A DNA stretch of 64,000 nucleotides from Heterodontus francisci (lineage: Eukaryota): NCBI RefSeq assembly GCF_036365525.1, contig NW_027141721.1, forward strand, positions 434,001-498,000. Direction: 5' to 3'. Both the position numbers and the translations under genes were made by a program. Below, one piece after another: positions 49,381 through 62,269 of this stretch (position 1 is its first letter; each line of letters starts with the position of its first letter). The notes beneath the pieces were generated by a model. The model worked only from the letters and a program-made list of their open reading frames with translations. It was not told the DNA's origin and ran no database searches.

Positions 49381-50139
49381 TCGTTCCATGAAGGTCATCA
49401 TTGGTTTTTTACAACACTCCATGTTCAGGATTGCTCATACTTTCCATGACAAATTATTTATTTATTTAATTAATTGAATTTAATTTCCATTTTGCCCTGG
49501 TGGGAATTGAACTCATGTCTGGGGATCATTATTCCAGGCCTCCGGATTACGGGTCCAGTAACATAAGTGCTCTGCGACCGTACCACCTTGCTGAATGGGA
49601 GTTAAAGGGTTAAATTGTTCACTGGTCTGAACTGCTCGTTTCTTTGAAGAACACATTAAATGTGACTCGAGTCTGAGATGAAAGTGGGTAAACAGTTTTC
49701 AGCAGCTTCTGAATTCGCTGTTAGGAGGCAGGTGTCCCAGAGATGAATGTATCTGGAGAGGGGTCTCGTCTGTGAACAATGTGAAACAGTGCTCAGATGG
49801 TTAAGGGTTCTGAGCTGAGTCAGTTCCTGTACATTGGGGAGTTGTTCGCCTCTGTGTAGTGAAGGTTAGAGAGAGATTAACCAGACTGGTATCAGGGATG
49901 AGGGACTTCAGTTACTGTGGAGAGACTGGAGAAGCTGAGGGTTTCTCTCCTTAGAGCAGAGAAGGTTAATGGTAGATGAGATACAGATATTGAAGATCAT
50001 AGAGGATTTTGATAGATAATTGATGACAAACCACATCATCAACTGGTCAATATATCGAAAATCTATGAAAAGGTGGTAATTCATTACCTTACTGCAACAT
50101 GTTTAATTAGGTCATACAAACTGTAAGCACCTAAATATA

Positions 50140-50520
50140 GAGTTAGACAGATAGAGAGACAGAGAGATAGATAACCAGGTATAGAGATAGATAGATGGAG
50201 AGACAGAGTGATAGATAACCAGTTAGAAAGATATACAGATAGAGAGACAGAGAGATAGATAACCAGTTAGCGAGATATATAGATAGAGAGACAGAGAGAT
50301 AGATAACCAGTTAGAGAGATATATAGATAGAGAGACAGAGAGATAGGTAACCAGGTAGAGAGATATATAGATAGAGAGACAGAGAGATAGATAACCAGGT
50401 AAGAGATAGATAGATCAAGAGACAGAGTGATAGATAACCAGTTAGAGAGATATATAGATAGAGAGACAGAGAGATAGATAACCAGTTAGAGAGATGGATA
50501 GATAGAGAGACAGTCAGGTA
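50140..50520. repeat. GATA/GA-rich minisatellite, unit about 42 bp, about 9 copies
   Basis: Repeated gagagacagagagatagataaccag(g/t)tagagagatatatagata. Confidence 0.85.
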
Positions 50521-51478
50521 GACAGGTAGATACAGAGAGAGAGAGGTAGATCGAGGGAAAGTCAGATAGGTAGAGAAATAGCAAGCTGGATAGAGAGACA
50601 GTCAGGTAGACAGATAGATATAGAGAGAGGTTGAGAAATAGAGAGATAGAGGGAAATTCAGAGAGGTAGAGAAATAACGAGCCAGACAGAGAGACAGTCA
50701 CTGCCCCTGTAAAAGACAGAGATGTTAATTGGCATTCTCTCATTTTACACCAGCTTGGTAACTAGAATGAGGTAGAGGGATGGAGGGAGAGGGAAAGAGA
50801 GGGAGGGAGAGAGAGGAATGGAGGGAGACTGTTGGAGAGAGGGAGAGAGAGAGATGGAGAGAGTGAGAGAGAGGGATAGAGAGAGGGAGCGACAGGAAGT
50901 TATTGATCAGTCATGATCTCCTTGAAGGGCGGTGTGTTTCCGAGGTGATGAATGTTCTCCTTGTGTTCCCAGGTCACTGTTAAAGTGTGTTCCAGACTCT
51001 AATGTTTATCATGGTCCTACAGCGCACTCCGCTGTCCCTTTGGAGAAAAAAAATACAGTGACATAAAACGACAACGTATGTATCTATCTCTCTATCTATC
51101 GATCTCTCTATCTATCTGTATTTATCTGATCTTCATTTCACATATTAAAATCTTTAATAATCTCTCTAAGAACGCTGAATGTTTACCCTTCAGTTTCTCC
51201 TTTCTGGAGCAAAGATCCCCTGATGTTCAAACTATCTTGATAATTTTTACCTCTGTGTTCTGATATCATTCCTGTGAAGTCGATTTCACAATTCTCCTGT
51301 GTTTCCATATCTAACCTGTTACTTTCTATTGAAATCCGCCTGTCTTCTTGTGAAAAACATGTTCCCAATGATAAAAACACCCAACAGGATGCAGCACCGC
51401 CTGATTTTATCTGAAACAGGTATTTCCTGTTGCCTTTGGGGTTTTTGTTGAACTGCACCATCTCTCTGAGTCAGTCTG

Positions 51479-51930
51479 AAGACTCCAGGCACAGAAATAC
51501 ACGGCCGAGTGATTCTCCCGAAGGCTGGAGGACTCCAGGTTGAACTGGGAATCAGTCTGTCTCTCGGCGGTGAAACCATCCACCGTCCGCTCTGGATCCA
51601 CATAGTTAGCAGTATTGGAGTAAAACATCAACAGCGGCTCCTTCCCCGGGTATTGTCTGTACCAGTACATGTTGAGGTTACTGCTGCTCCCCTCCACAGT
51701 GCACATCAGTTCCACTCCTTTCCCGGGAAATCTGGAGACAGCGGCGGGAATCTGGTGGATAGTCTGTGAGTTCACATCTGGGAGAGAGATGGAGAGAGGA
51801 GGAGATCAGTAAACAGGGAATTTCTGGGAATGAAAGAAAGACAGGGAGAGGAGAGGAAGGTTCTGACTGATAATCTTTGTATTTGGCACTTACGGTGAAC
51901 CAGGATTATCAGAGCCAGGAACAGATACAT
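51479..51930 (-). CDS. TRBV: V17: family-A TCR V segment, intact ORF with defective heptamer
   Basis: Leader 51894-51930; V exon 51479-51777; heptamer CAGACTG (51472-51478) lacks the invariant CAC; 23-bp spacer and consensus nonamer 51440-51448. Confidence 0.9.
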
Positions 51931-52799
51931 CTCCCACTTGACACTGCCCTGTCAAACAGCAAAGGCAGTGGAACAGATGAGATCAGTTCTGTGGCTAACC
52001 AATCCGCTCCTGACAAATCATTGAGTAAGACATGAAGGGCATGAAGAAGTGATGCAGTGTTGGACACGCCCCCTTCCACCACCCAACCAATCAGAATGGA
52101 CGTGGTTGCTTATGATGGCTGAGTGACTGGATTAAGTGTTGTTAACATCCTCAACAAGGGTGTCTGTTGTTCAGTTCCTAACTTATTGATTAGAAATCTC
52201 CAACTGTTCATATCCAGATTCCAAATGAACCTCATCGGCATTCCCAAATTAGCCACATGTAGATTCCCAATGATAGACATCTGGATTCCAAATGATCTGC
52301 TCCTGTGGAGGATGTATTCGTGTGTTGCTAATTTAACTAGACTCCTCATCCACAGCCTCAGCTAGTGTTTTTGTAACGTGAGGGTGAATCCCACCAATAC
52401 AGATCATGAAATTGCAGCAATCCATTTAGTTCACTGATGTCCATTAGGGATGGAAATCTGCCTCCTTCACCTGGTCTGGCCTACTTGTGACTCCAGATCC
52501 ACACATTGTGGTTGACTCTTAAAAGCCCTCTGCAATGACCTAGCAAGTCATCCAGTTCAAGGGCTATTAGGAATGGGCAATAAATGCTGGCCTCGCTGGC
52601 GAGGCCCACATCTCATGAACGAATTAAGAAAAACAGGCCGATGTTGATTCACAAATAGTCAGCTGGGAGTCCTGGCAATCATTTCCTGCAACACTGGCCC
52701 AAGGGAAGTAGGTTCAACAATATCTGGGTCACACTGGGCTGCTGATCTATTCGACAGCTTGGTCTGTGCTCATTACTGGGCCCATAACCATCAAGGTGG

Positions 52800-52980
52800 C
52801 TCAAATCTACTGCTGCCACCTGCTGGCGGAAAGTGAGCACTGAGATTCAATCTACTGCTGCCACCTGCTGGCGACAAATGAGCACTGAGATTCATTCTCT
52901 GCTGCCCCCTGCCGGGGGAGGATGAGCACAGAGATTCAATCTACTGCTGCCCCCTGTCGGTGGAAGATGAGCACTGAACT
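52800..52980 (-). promoter_or_regulatory. Four diverged copies of the 45-bp unit, candidate CTCF sites
   Basis: Cores CCAGCAGGTGGCAG (x2), CCGGCAGGGGGCAG and CCGACAGGGGGCAG on the minus strand next to the V18 nonamer. Confidence 0.7.
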
Positions 52981-53036
52981 CCCGTTCATCCGCTGCAGGT
53001 TTTTGCAGCTGCGGATCCGCTTTCTCAAACACTGTG

Positions 53037-53935
53037 CGATACTGCAAGCGCAGAAATAGACAGCGGTGTGAGATGGAGCGGCGTCTCTCAGTGCCAAAGT
53101 AAACAGTGTATTGCTGGTTCTGTCTGCCTTAAATGACTCGGACGTGTAATTGGTAACAGACCCTTCTGTAGCAGAAAAGAACAGAGCTTCCAGTGCCCTG
53201 TCTGCTTGTTGTCTGTACCAGTACATATAGGAATAGGCAGTATTGGTCAGCGTGCATCTGAGTGTTGTCGACTCTCCTGCTGCAATCGATAGGATAGAGG
53301 GCGACTGTTCCACATAGGAGGCGAGTATTCCTGTGGATGGAACACCGATTAGATTATCATTTCAGTCAATAATGGATTGGAGCAGGGGTTGCATTGCAAG
53401 AAAAAAAGGGCTTACATTGATATAGCGCCATTCAGGACCTCAGGACATCAGAAAGGGCTTTGCAACCAATGTAGTTACTCCCTCAGTACAGCCTCTGCGA
53501 CAGTGCAGCACCCACTAAGTACTGCCTCTGTGACAGTGCTGCACTCCCTCAGTACTGCCTCTGCGACAGTGCAGCACACCCTCAGTACTGCCTCTGTGAC
53601 AGTGCTGCACTCCCTCAGTACTGCCTCTGCGACAGTGCAGCACACCCTCAGTACAGCCTTTGCGACAGTGCAGCACTCCCTCACTACTGCCTCTGCGACA
53701 GTGCAGCACTTCCCCAGTACTGCCTCTGCGACAGTGCAGCACTCCCTCAGTCCTGACACGTGGTTTGTCAGCCTTGACATTGAGCTCAAATGTTCTGGAG
53801 TGAGACTCAGACACAGGAGTGTTCCGGACAGAATCACCCCTAACATTACAATACATTATTCGTAACTGTTTCTGACTTTGACTTACGTGGGAACAGGGCA
53901 GGCATCAAGATGAGACAGAGAACTTCATGCAACAT
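53037..53935 (-). CDS. TRBV: V18: family-B TCR V segment, probably functional
   Basis: Leader 53887-53935; V exon 53037-53330; CACAGTG 53030-53036, 23-bp spacer, GCAAAAACC 52998-53006. Confidence 0.93.
53477..53755. repeat. 33-bp intronic minisatellite, about 8 copies
   Basis: Tandem copies visible directly. Confidence 0.9.
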
Positions 53936-55282
53936 GATTTCTTCATACGATACTAACGCGATGTGTGAACGTGTGGAGTTTTCAACAGCACACTTGCAGG
54001 CGGTTTCTATATTGTATCCAATCAAATACCCAGCATCCGGTTGTCATTGTTATTGACAGTCACTTACTGCACACTCTGCTCCACCCCATTACTTTGCATA
54101 GCAATGTTGTTGAATGATACAACACAGGAGGATAGGGGGAGATTGAATAGCGGTGTTCACATTTCAGAAAGGGCATTGATAGAGTACAATTCAGGGAAAC
54201 AACCCTCTATACCCAGAGAGTGTGCCCATCCCTTATTGCCCCTGAGAAGGTGGTGGTTAACCATCTTCGGGAAAACCTGCTGGGCCATATCAGAGGGCAG
54301 TTAATAGTTAACCACATTGCTGTGGGTCTGCAGTCACATATAGGCCAGACCTGGTAGGAATGGCGGATTTCCTTCCCTGAAGGTAATCAATGAAGACATT
54401 GGGTTTTTAAGACACTCCATGTTCCGGATTACTCATACTTTCCATGACAGATTTTTATTTATTTAATTAATTGAATTTAAATTGCATTTCTGCCCCGGTG
54501 GGAATTGAACTCAAGTCTGGGGATCATTAGTCCAGGCCTCTGGATTACTAGCCCAGTCACATAACTGCTCTGCTGCCAAACCTCCGTGGTGAATGGGAGT
54601 TAAATGGTTAAAATGTTCACTGGTCTGAACTGCTAGTTTCTTTGAAGAACACATTAAATGTGACTCGAGTCTGAGGTGAAAGTGGGTAAAGAGTTTTCAG
54701 CAGCTTCTGAACTCGCTGTCAGGAGGCAGGTGCCCCAGAGATGAAGTTATCTGGAGAGGGGTTTCGCCTTTGAACAGTGTGAAACAGCGCTCAGATGGTT
54801 CAGGGTTCTGCGCTGAGTTAGTTTCTGTGCATTGGGGAGTTGTTCACCTCTGTTTAATGAAGGTTAGAGGGAGATTAACAAGACTGGTACCAGGGATGAG
54901 GGACTTCAGTTACTGTGGAGAGACTGGAGAAGCTGGGGGTTTCTCTCCTTGGAGCAGAGAAGGTTAATGGTAGATATGATACAGTTATTGAAGATCATAG
55001 AGGATTTTGATAGATAATTGATAACACATCACATCATCTACTGGTCAATATATAGAAAATCTATGCAAAGATGGTCATTCATTACATTACTGCAGTATGT
55101 TTAATTAGTTCATACAAACTGTAATCACCTAAAGATATAGTTAGATAGTTACAGAGACAGAGAGATAGGTAACCAGGTAGAGAGGTAGCTAGATAGAGAG
55201 ACAGAGAGATAGATAACCAGGTAGAGAGATAGATAGATAGAGAGACAGACAGGCAGGCAGACAGACAGTTATGAACTCTGAC

Positions 55283-55420
55283 ATTCAATCTACTGCTGCC
55301 CCCTGCTGGTGGAAGATGAGCACTGACATTCAATCTACTGCTGCGCCCTGCTGGTGGAAAATGAGCAGTGAGACTCAAACCACTGCTGCCACCTGCCGGT
55401 GGATGATGAGCACTGAAATC
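55283..55420 (-). promoter_or_regulatory. Three copies of the 45-bp unit, candidate CTCF sites
   Basis: Cores CCAGCAGGGGGCAG, CCAGCAGGGCGCAG and CCGGCAGGTGGCAG next to the V19 nonamer. Confidence 0.7.
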
Positions 55421-55475
55421 CCGTTCATCTGCTGCAGGTTGATGCAGCTGCGGATCCGCTTTCTCAAATACTGTG

Positions 55476-56453
55476 CGATACTGCAAGTGCAAAAATAGAC
55501 AACGGTGTGAGATGTAGCAGCGTTTCTCAGTGCCAAAGAAAACAGTGTATCGCTGAAACAAAAACAAGAAATGCTGGATTCACTCAGCAGGTCTGGCAGC
55601 ATCTGTGGAAAGAGAAGCAGAGTTAACGTTTCGGGTTGTGACCCTTCTTCGGAACAGTTCCGAAGAAGGGTCACTGACCCGAAACGTTAACTCTGCTTCT
55701 CTTTCCACAGATGCTGCCAGACCTGCTGAGTGAATCCAGCATTTCTTGTTTTTGTTTCAGATTTCCAGCATCCGCAGTATTTTGCTTTTATTTTAGTGTA
55801 TCGCTGAATCTGACTGCCATAAATGACTCGGACGTGTAATTGGTAACAGTCACTTCTGTGGCAGAATAGAACAGAGCTTCCAATTCCCTGTCTGGTTGTT
55901 GACTGTACCAGTACATTAAGGTCCAGCCAGTATTGGTCAGCGTGAATCTGAGTGTTGTCGACTCTCCTGCTGCAATCGATAGGATCGAGGGAGACTGTTC
56001 CACACAAGAGGCGAGTATTCCTGTGGAATGGAACATCGATTAAATTATTATTTCAGTCAATAGCGGATTAGAGGAGGGACTGCATTGCAAGAAAAAAGGA
56101 CTTTCATTAACAGAGCGCCGTTCAGGACCTCAGAAAGGGCTTTGCAATCAATGTAGTTACTCAATCAGTACTGCCTGTGCGACAGTGCAGCACTACCTCA
56201 GTACTGCCTCTGTGACAGTGCAGCACTCCCTCAGTCCTGCCTGTGCGACATTGCAGCACTCCCTCAGTCATGACACCCGGGGTGTTCAGCCTTGATTTTG
56301 AGCTGAAGTGTTCTGGAGTGAGACTCTAACACAGGCGTGTTCCAGACAGAATCACCGCTAACATTACAGTACATTATTCGACACAGTTTCTGACTTTGAC
56401 TTACGTGGGAAGAATGCAGCCATCAAGGTTAGACAGAGAACTTCATGCAACAT
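55476..56453 (-). pseudogene. TRBV: V19: family-B V pseudogene disrupted by an insertion
   Basis: Leader 56405-56453; V exon 55476-56020 with Cys23>Phe and a 237-bp insertion in FR3; degenerate RSS CACAGTA / GCATCAACC. Confidence 0.92.
55558..55794. mobile_element. Fold-back (inverted) Penelope-like pLTR insertion with 14-bp TSD
   Basis: TSD agtgtatcgctgaa at 55544-55557 and 55795-55808; inverted arms of about 100 bp centred at about 55656. Confidence 0.8.
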
Positions 56454-57819
56454 GATTTCTTCATTCGATACCAACTCGATGTGTGAACGTGTGGAGTTTT
56501 CAACAACACACTTGCAGGCGGTTTCTATATTATATCCAATTAAATGCCCAGCATCCGGTTGTCATTGTTATTGGCAGTCACTTACTGCGACACTCTGCTC
56601 CACCCCATTACATTGTATAGCAATGTTGTAGAATGATACAACACAGGAGGATAGGGGGAGATTGAATAGAGGTGTTCACATTTCAGAAAGGGCTTTGATG
56701 GAGTAGAATTCAGGGAAGCAACACTCTATACCCAGAGAGTGTGCCCATCCCTTATTGCCCCTGAGAAGGTGGTGGTGAACCATGTTAGGGAATACCTGCT
56801 GGGCCATATCAGAGGGCAGTTAACAGTCAACCACATTGCTGTGGGTCTGCAGTCACATATAGGCCAGACCGGGTAAGAATGGCAGATTTCCTTCCCTGAA
56901 GGTCATCAATGAATACGTTGGGTTTTTACGACACTCCATGTTCAGAATTGCTCTTACTTTCCATTACAGATTTTATTTATTTACTTAATTAAATTTAAAT
57001 TCAATTTCTGCCCTGGTGAGAATTGAACTCATGTCTGGGGATCATTAGTCCAGGCCTCTGGATTACTAGTCCACTAACATAACTGCTCTGCTACCGTACC
57101 TCCTTGCTGAATGGAGATTAAAGGGTTAAATTGTTCACTGGTCTGAACTGCGAGTTTCTTTGAAGAACACATCAAATGTGACTCGAGTCTAAGATGAAAG
57201 TGGGTAAAGAGTTTTCAGCAGCTTCTGAACTGGAGAGGGGTCTCACTTTGAACACTGTCAAACAGCGCTCAGATGGTTAATCGTTCTGCGCTGAGTTAGT
57301 TCCTGTGCATGAGGGGATTGTTCGCCTCTGTGTAGTGAAGTTTAGAGGGAGATTAACCAGACTGGTATCAGGGATGAGGGACTTCAGTTACTGTGGAGAG
57401 ACTGGAGAAGCTGGGGATTTCTGCCCTTAGAGCAGAGAAGGTTAATGGTAGATGTGATACAGATATTGAAGATCATAGAGGATTTTGATAGATAATTGAT
57501 GACTAACCACATCTTCTACTGGTCAATATATAGAAAATCTATGAAAAGATGGTCATTCATTACATTACTGCAGTATGTTTAATTAGTTCATACAAACTGT
57601 AATTACCTAAAGATAGAGTTAGATAGATAGAGAGACAGAGAGATAGATAACCAGGTAGAGAGATAGATAGACAGAGAGATAAACAATCAGGTGGACAAAT
57701 AGATATGAACAGAAAGCTTCAATCTACTGCTGCCCCCTGCCAGTTGAAGTTGAGCACTGAACTCCCGTTCATCCGCTGCAGGTTTTTGCAGCTGCTGATC
57801 CGCTTTCTCAAACACTGTG

Positions 57820-58587
57820 CGATACTACAAGCGCAGAAATAGACAGCGGTGTGAGATGGAGCGGCGTCTCTCAGTGCCAAAGTAAACAGTGTATCGCTGG
57901 CTCTGTCTGCCTTAAATGACTCGGACGTGTAATTGGTGACAGATCCTGTTCCAACAGAATAGAACAGAGCTTCCAGTGCCCTGTCTGGTTGTTGTCTGTA
58001 CCAGTACATTGCAGGATAGCCAGTATTCTTCAGCGTGCATCTGAGTGTTGTCGACTCTCCTGCGGAAATCGATAGGATAGAGGTTGACTGTTCCACATAG
58101 GAGGCGAGTATTCCTGTGGGACGGAACATCGATTAGATTATTATTTCAGTCAATAATGGATTGGAGCAGGGGCTGCATTACAAGAAAGAGAGGGCTTACA
58201 TTAATATATCGCCGTTCAGGACCTCAGGGCATCAGAAACGGCTTTGCAACCAATGTAGTTACTCCCTCATTACTGCCTCTGCGAAAGTGCGGCACTCCCT
58301 CAGTACTGCCTCTGCAACAGTGCAGCACTCCCTCAGTACTGCCTCTGCGACAGTGCAGCACTCCCTCAGTCCTGCCTCTGTGACAGTGCAGCACTCCCTC
58401 AGCCCTGACACCTGGGGTGTTACTTTTGACTTTGAGCTCAAGTGTTCTGGAGTGAGACTCTGACACAGCAGTGTTACGGACAGAATCACCGCTGACATTA
58501 CAATACATTATTCGACACTGTTTCTAACTTTGACTTACGTGGGAACAGGGCAGGCATCAAGATTAGACAGAGAACTTCATGCAACAT
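57820..58587 (-). CDS. TRBV: V20: family-B TCR V segment, probably functional
   Basis: Leader 58539-58587; V exon 57820-58113 (LRCTLKNTGYPAMYWYRQQ..YFCACSI); CACAGTG 57813-57819, 23-bp spacer, GCAAAAACC 57781-57789. Confidence 0.93.
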
Positions 58588-60002
58588 GATTTCTTTATCC
58601 GATACTAACTCGATGTATGAACGTGTGGAGTTTTCAACAACACACTTGCAGGCGGTTTCTATATTGTATCCAATCAAATACCCAGCATCCGGTTGTCATT
58701 GTTATTGGCAGTCACTTACTGCGACACTCTGCTCCTCCCCATTACTTTGCAAAGCAATGTTGTAGAATGATACAACACAGGAGGATAGGGGGAGATTGAA
58801 TAGAGGTGTTCCCATTTCAGAAAGGGCATTGATAGAGTACAATTCAGGGAAACACCCCTCTATACCCAGAGAGTGTGCCCATCCCTTATTGCCCCTGAGA
58901 AGGTGGTGGTGAACCATCTTCGGAAATACCTGCTGGGCCATATCAGAGGGCAGTTAATAGTCAACCACATTGCTGTGGGTCTGCAGTCACATATAGGCCA
59001 GACCTGGTAGGAATGGCGGATTTCCTTCCCTGAAGGTAATCAATGAAGACGTTGGGTTTCTAAGACACTCCATGTTCAGGATTACTCATACTTTCCATGA
59101 CAATTTTTTATTTATTTAATTAATTGAATTTAAATTGCATTTCTGCCCCGGTGGGAATTGAACTCAAGTCTGGGGATCATTAGTCCAGGCCTCTGGATTA
59201 CTAGCCCAGTAACATAACTGCTCTGCTGCCGAACCTCCGTGGTGAATGGGAGTTAAATGGTTAAATTGTTCACTGGTCTGAACTGCTGGTTTCTTTGAAG
59301 AACAGATTAAATGTGACTCGAGTCTGAGGTGAAAGTGGGTAAAGAGTTTTCAGCAGCTTCTGAACTCGCTGTCAGGAGGCAAGTGTCCCAGAGATGAAGT
59401 TATCTGGAGAGGGGTTTCGCCTTTGAACAGTGTGAAACAGCGCTCAGATGGTTCAGGGTTCTGAGCTGAGATAGTTTCTGTGCATTGGGGAGTTGTTCAC
59501 CTCTGTGTAGTGAAGGTTAGAGGGAGATTAACAAGACTGGTACCAGGGATGAGGGACTTCAGTTACTGTGGAGAGAATGGAGAAGCTGGGGGTTTCGCTC
59601 CTTGGAGCAGAGAAGGTTAACGGTAGATGTGATACAGATATTGAAGATCATAGAGGATTTTTATAGATAATTGATGACAAACCACATCATCTACTGGTCA
59701 ATATATAGAAAATCTATGCAAAGATGGTCATTCATTACATTACTGCAGTATGTTTAATTCGTTCACACAAACTGTAATTACCTAAAGATCGAGTTAGATA
59801 GATAGAGAGGCAGAGAGATAGATAACCAGGTAAAGTGATAGATAGATAGAGAGACAGAGAGATAAACAATCAGGTGGACAGATAGATCTGAACAATGAGC
59901 TTCAATCTACTGCTGCCCCCTGCCAGTTGAAGATGAGCACTGAACTCCCGTTCATCCGCTGCAGGTTTTTGCAGCTGCTGATCCGCTTTCTCAAACACTG
60001 TG

Positions 60003-60837
60003 CGATACTACAAGTGCAGAAAAAGACAGCGGTGTGAGATGGAGCGGCGTCTCTCAGTGCCAAAGTAAACAGTGTATTGCTGGCTCTGTCTGCCTTAAAT
60101 GACTCGGACGTGTAATTGGTGACAGACCCTGTTCCAACAGAATAGAACAGAGCTTCCAGTGCCCTGTCTGGTTGTTGTCTGTACCAGTACATATAGGAAT
60201 AGGCAGTATTGGTCAGCGTGCATCTGAGTGTTGTCGACTCTCCTGCGGAAATCGATAGGATAGAGGGTGACTGTTCCACATAGGAGGCGAGTATTCCTGT
60301 GGGACGGAACATCGATTAGATTATTATTTCAGTCAATAATGGATTGGAGCAGGGGCTGCATTACACGAAAGAGAGGGCTTACATTAATATATCGCTGTTC
60401 AGGACCTCAGGGCATCAGAAAGGGCCTTGCAACCAATGTAGTTACTCCCTCAGTACTGCCTCTGCGACAGTGCGGCACTCCCTCAGTACTGCCTCTGCAA
60501 CAGTGCAGCACTCCCTCAGTACTGCCTCTGTGACAGTGCTGCACTCCCTCAGTACTGCCTCTGCGACAGTGCAGCACTCCCTCAGTACTGCCTCTGCGAC
60601 AGTGCAGCACACCTTCAGTACTGCCTCTGCGACAGTGCAGCACTCCCTCAGTCCTGACACCTGGGGTGTTAGTTTTGACTTTGAGCTCAAGTGTTCTGGA
60701 GTGAGACTCTGACACAGCAGTGTTATGGAACAGAATCACCGCTGACTTTACAATACATTATTCGACACAGTTTCTGACTTTGACTTACGTGGGAAGAGTG
60801 CAGCCATCAAGATTAGACAGAGAACTTTATGCAACAT
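60003..60837 (-). CDS. TRBV: V21: family-B TCR V segment, probably functional
   Basis: Leader 60789-60837; V exon 60003-60296 ending FFCTCSI; CACAGTG 59996-60002, 23-bp spacer, GCAAAAACC 59964-59972. Confidence 0.92.
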
Positions 60838-62269
60838 GATTTCTTCATTCGATACTAACTCGATGTGTGAACGTGTGGAGTTTTCAACAACACACTTGCA
60901 GGCGGTTTCTATATTGTATCCAATTAAATACCCAGCATCCGGTTGTCATTGTGATTGGCAGTCACTTACTGCGACACTCTGCTCCACCCCATTACATTGG
61001 TTAGCAATGTTGTAGAATGATACAACACAGGAGGATAGGGGGAGATTGAATAGAGGTGTTCACATTTCAGAAAGCGCTTTGATAGAGTAGAATTCAGGGA
61101 AACAACCCTCTATACCCAGAGAGTGTGCCCATCCCTTATTGCCTCTGAGAAGGTGGTAGTGAACCATCTTCGGGAATACCTGCTAGGCCATATCAGAGGG
61201 CAGTTAGTAGTCAACCACATTGCTGTGGGTCTGCAATCAGATATCGGCCAGACCGGGTAAGAATGGCAGATTTCCTTCCCTGAAGGTAATCAATGAAGAC
61301 GTTGGGTTTTTACGACACTCCATGTTCATGATTACTCATAGTGTCTCTGATAGATTTTTATTTATTTAATTAATTGAATTTAAATTGCATTTCTGCCCCA
61401 GTGGGAATTGAACTCAAGTCTGGAGATCATTAGTCCATGCCTCTGGATTTCGAGTCCAGTAACATAACTGCTCTGCTGCCGAACCAGCGTGGTGAATGGG
61501 AGTTAAAGGGTTAAATTGTTCACTGGTCTGAACTGCTAATTTCTTTGAAAAACACATCAAATGTGACTCGAGTCTAAGATGAAAGTGGCTAAACAGGTTT
61601 CAGCAGCTTATGAACTAGCTGTCAGGAGGCAGGTGTCCCAGAGATGAAGGTATCTGGAGAGGGGTCTCACCTTTGAACAGTGTGAAACAGCGCTCAGATG
61701 TTTAATGGTTCTGAGCTGAGTTAGTTCCTGTGAATTGGGGAGTTGTTCGCCTCTGTGTAGTGAAGGTTAGAAAGAGATTAACCATCTGTTACCAGGGATG
61801 AGGGACTTCAGTTACTGTGGGGAGACTGGAGAAGCTGGGGGTTTCTCTCCTTCGAGCAGCGAAGGTTAATGGTGGATGTGATACAGATATTGAAGATCAG
61901 AGAGGATTTTGATACGTAATTGATGACAAACCACATCATCTACTGGTCAATGTATAGAAAATCTATGAAAAGATGGTCATTCATTACATTACTGCAGTAT
62001 GTTTAATTAGTTCATTCAAACTGTAATCACCGAAAGATAGAGTTTGATACATACAGAGACAGAGAGCTAGATAATCAGGTAGAGAGATAGATAGATAGAG
62101 AGTCAGTCAGGTTGACAGATAGATATAGAGAGAGGTAGAGATATAGAGAGATCGAGGGAAAGTCATGTAGGTAGAAAAATAACGAGCTAGATAGAGAGAC
62201 AGTCACTGCCCCTGTAAAAGACAGGGATGTTAATTGGCATTCTCTCATTTTACACCAGCTTGGTAGCGA

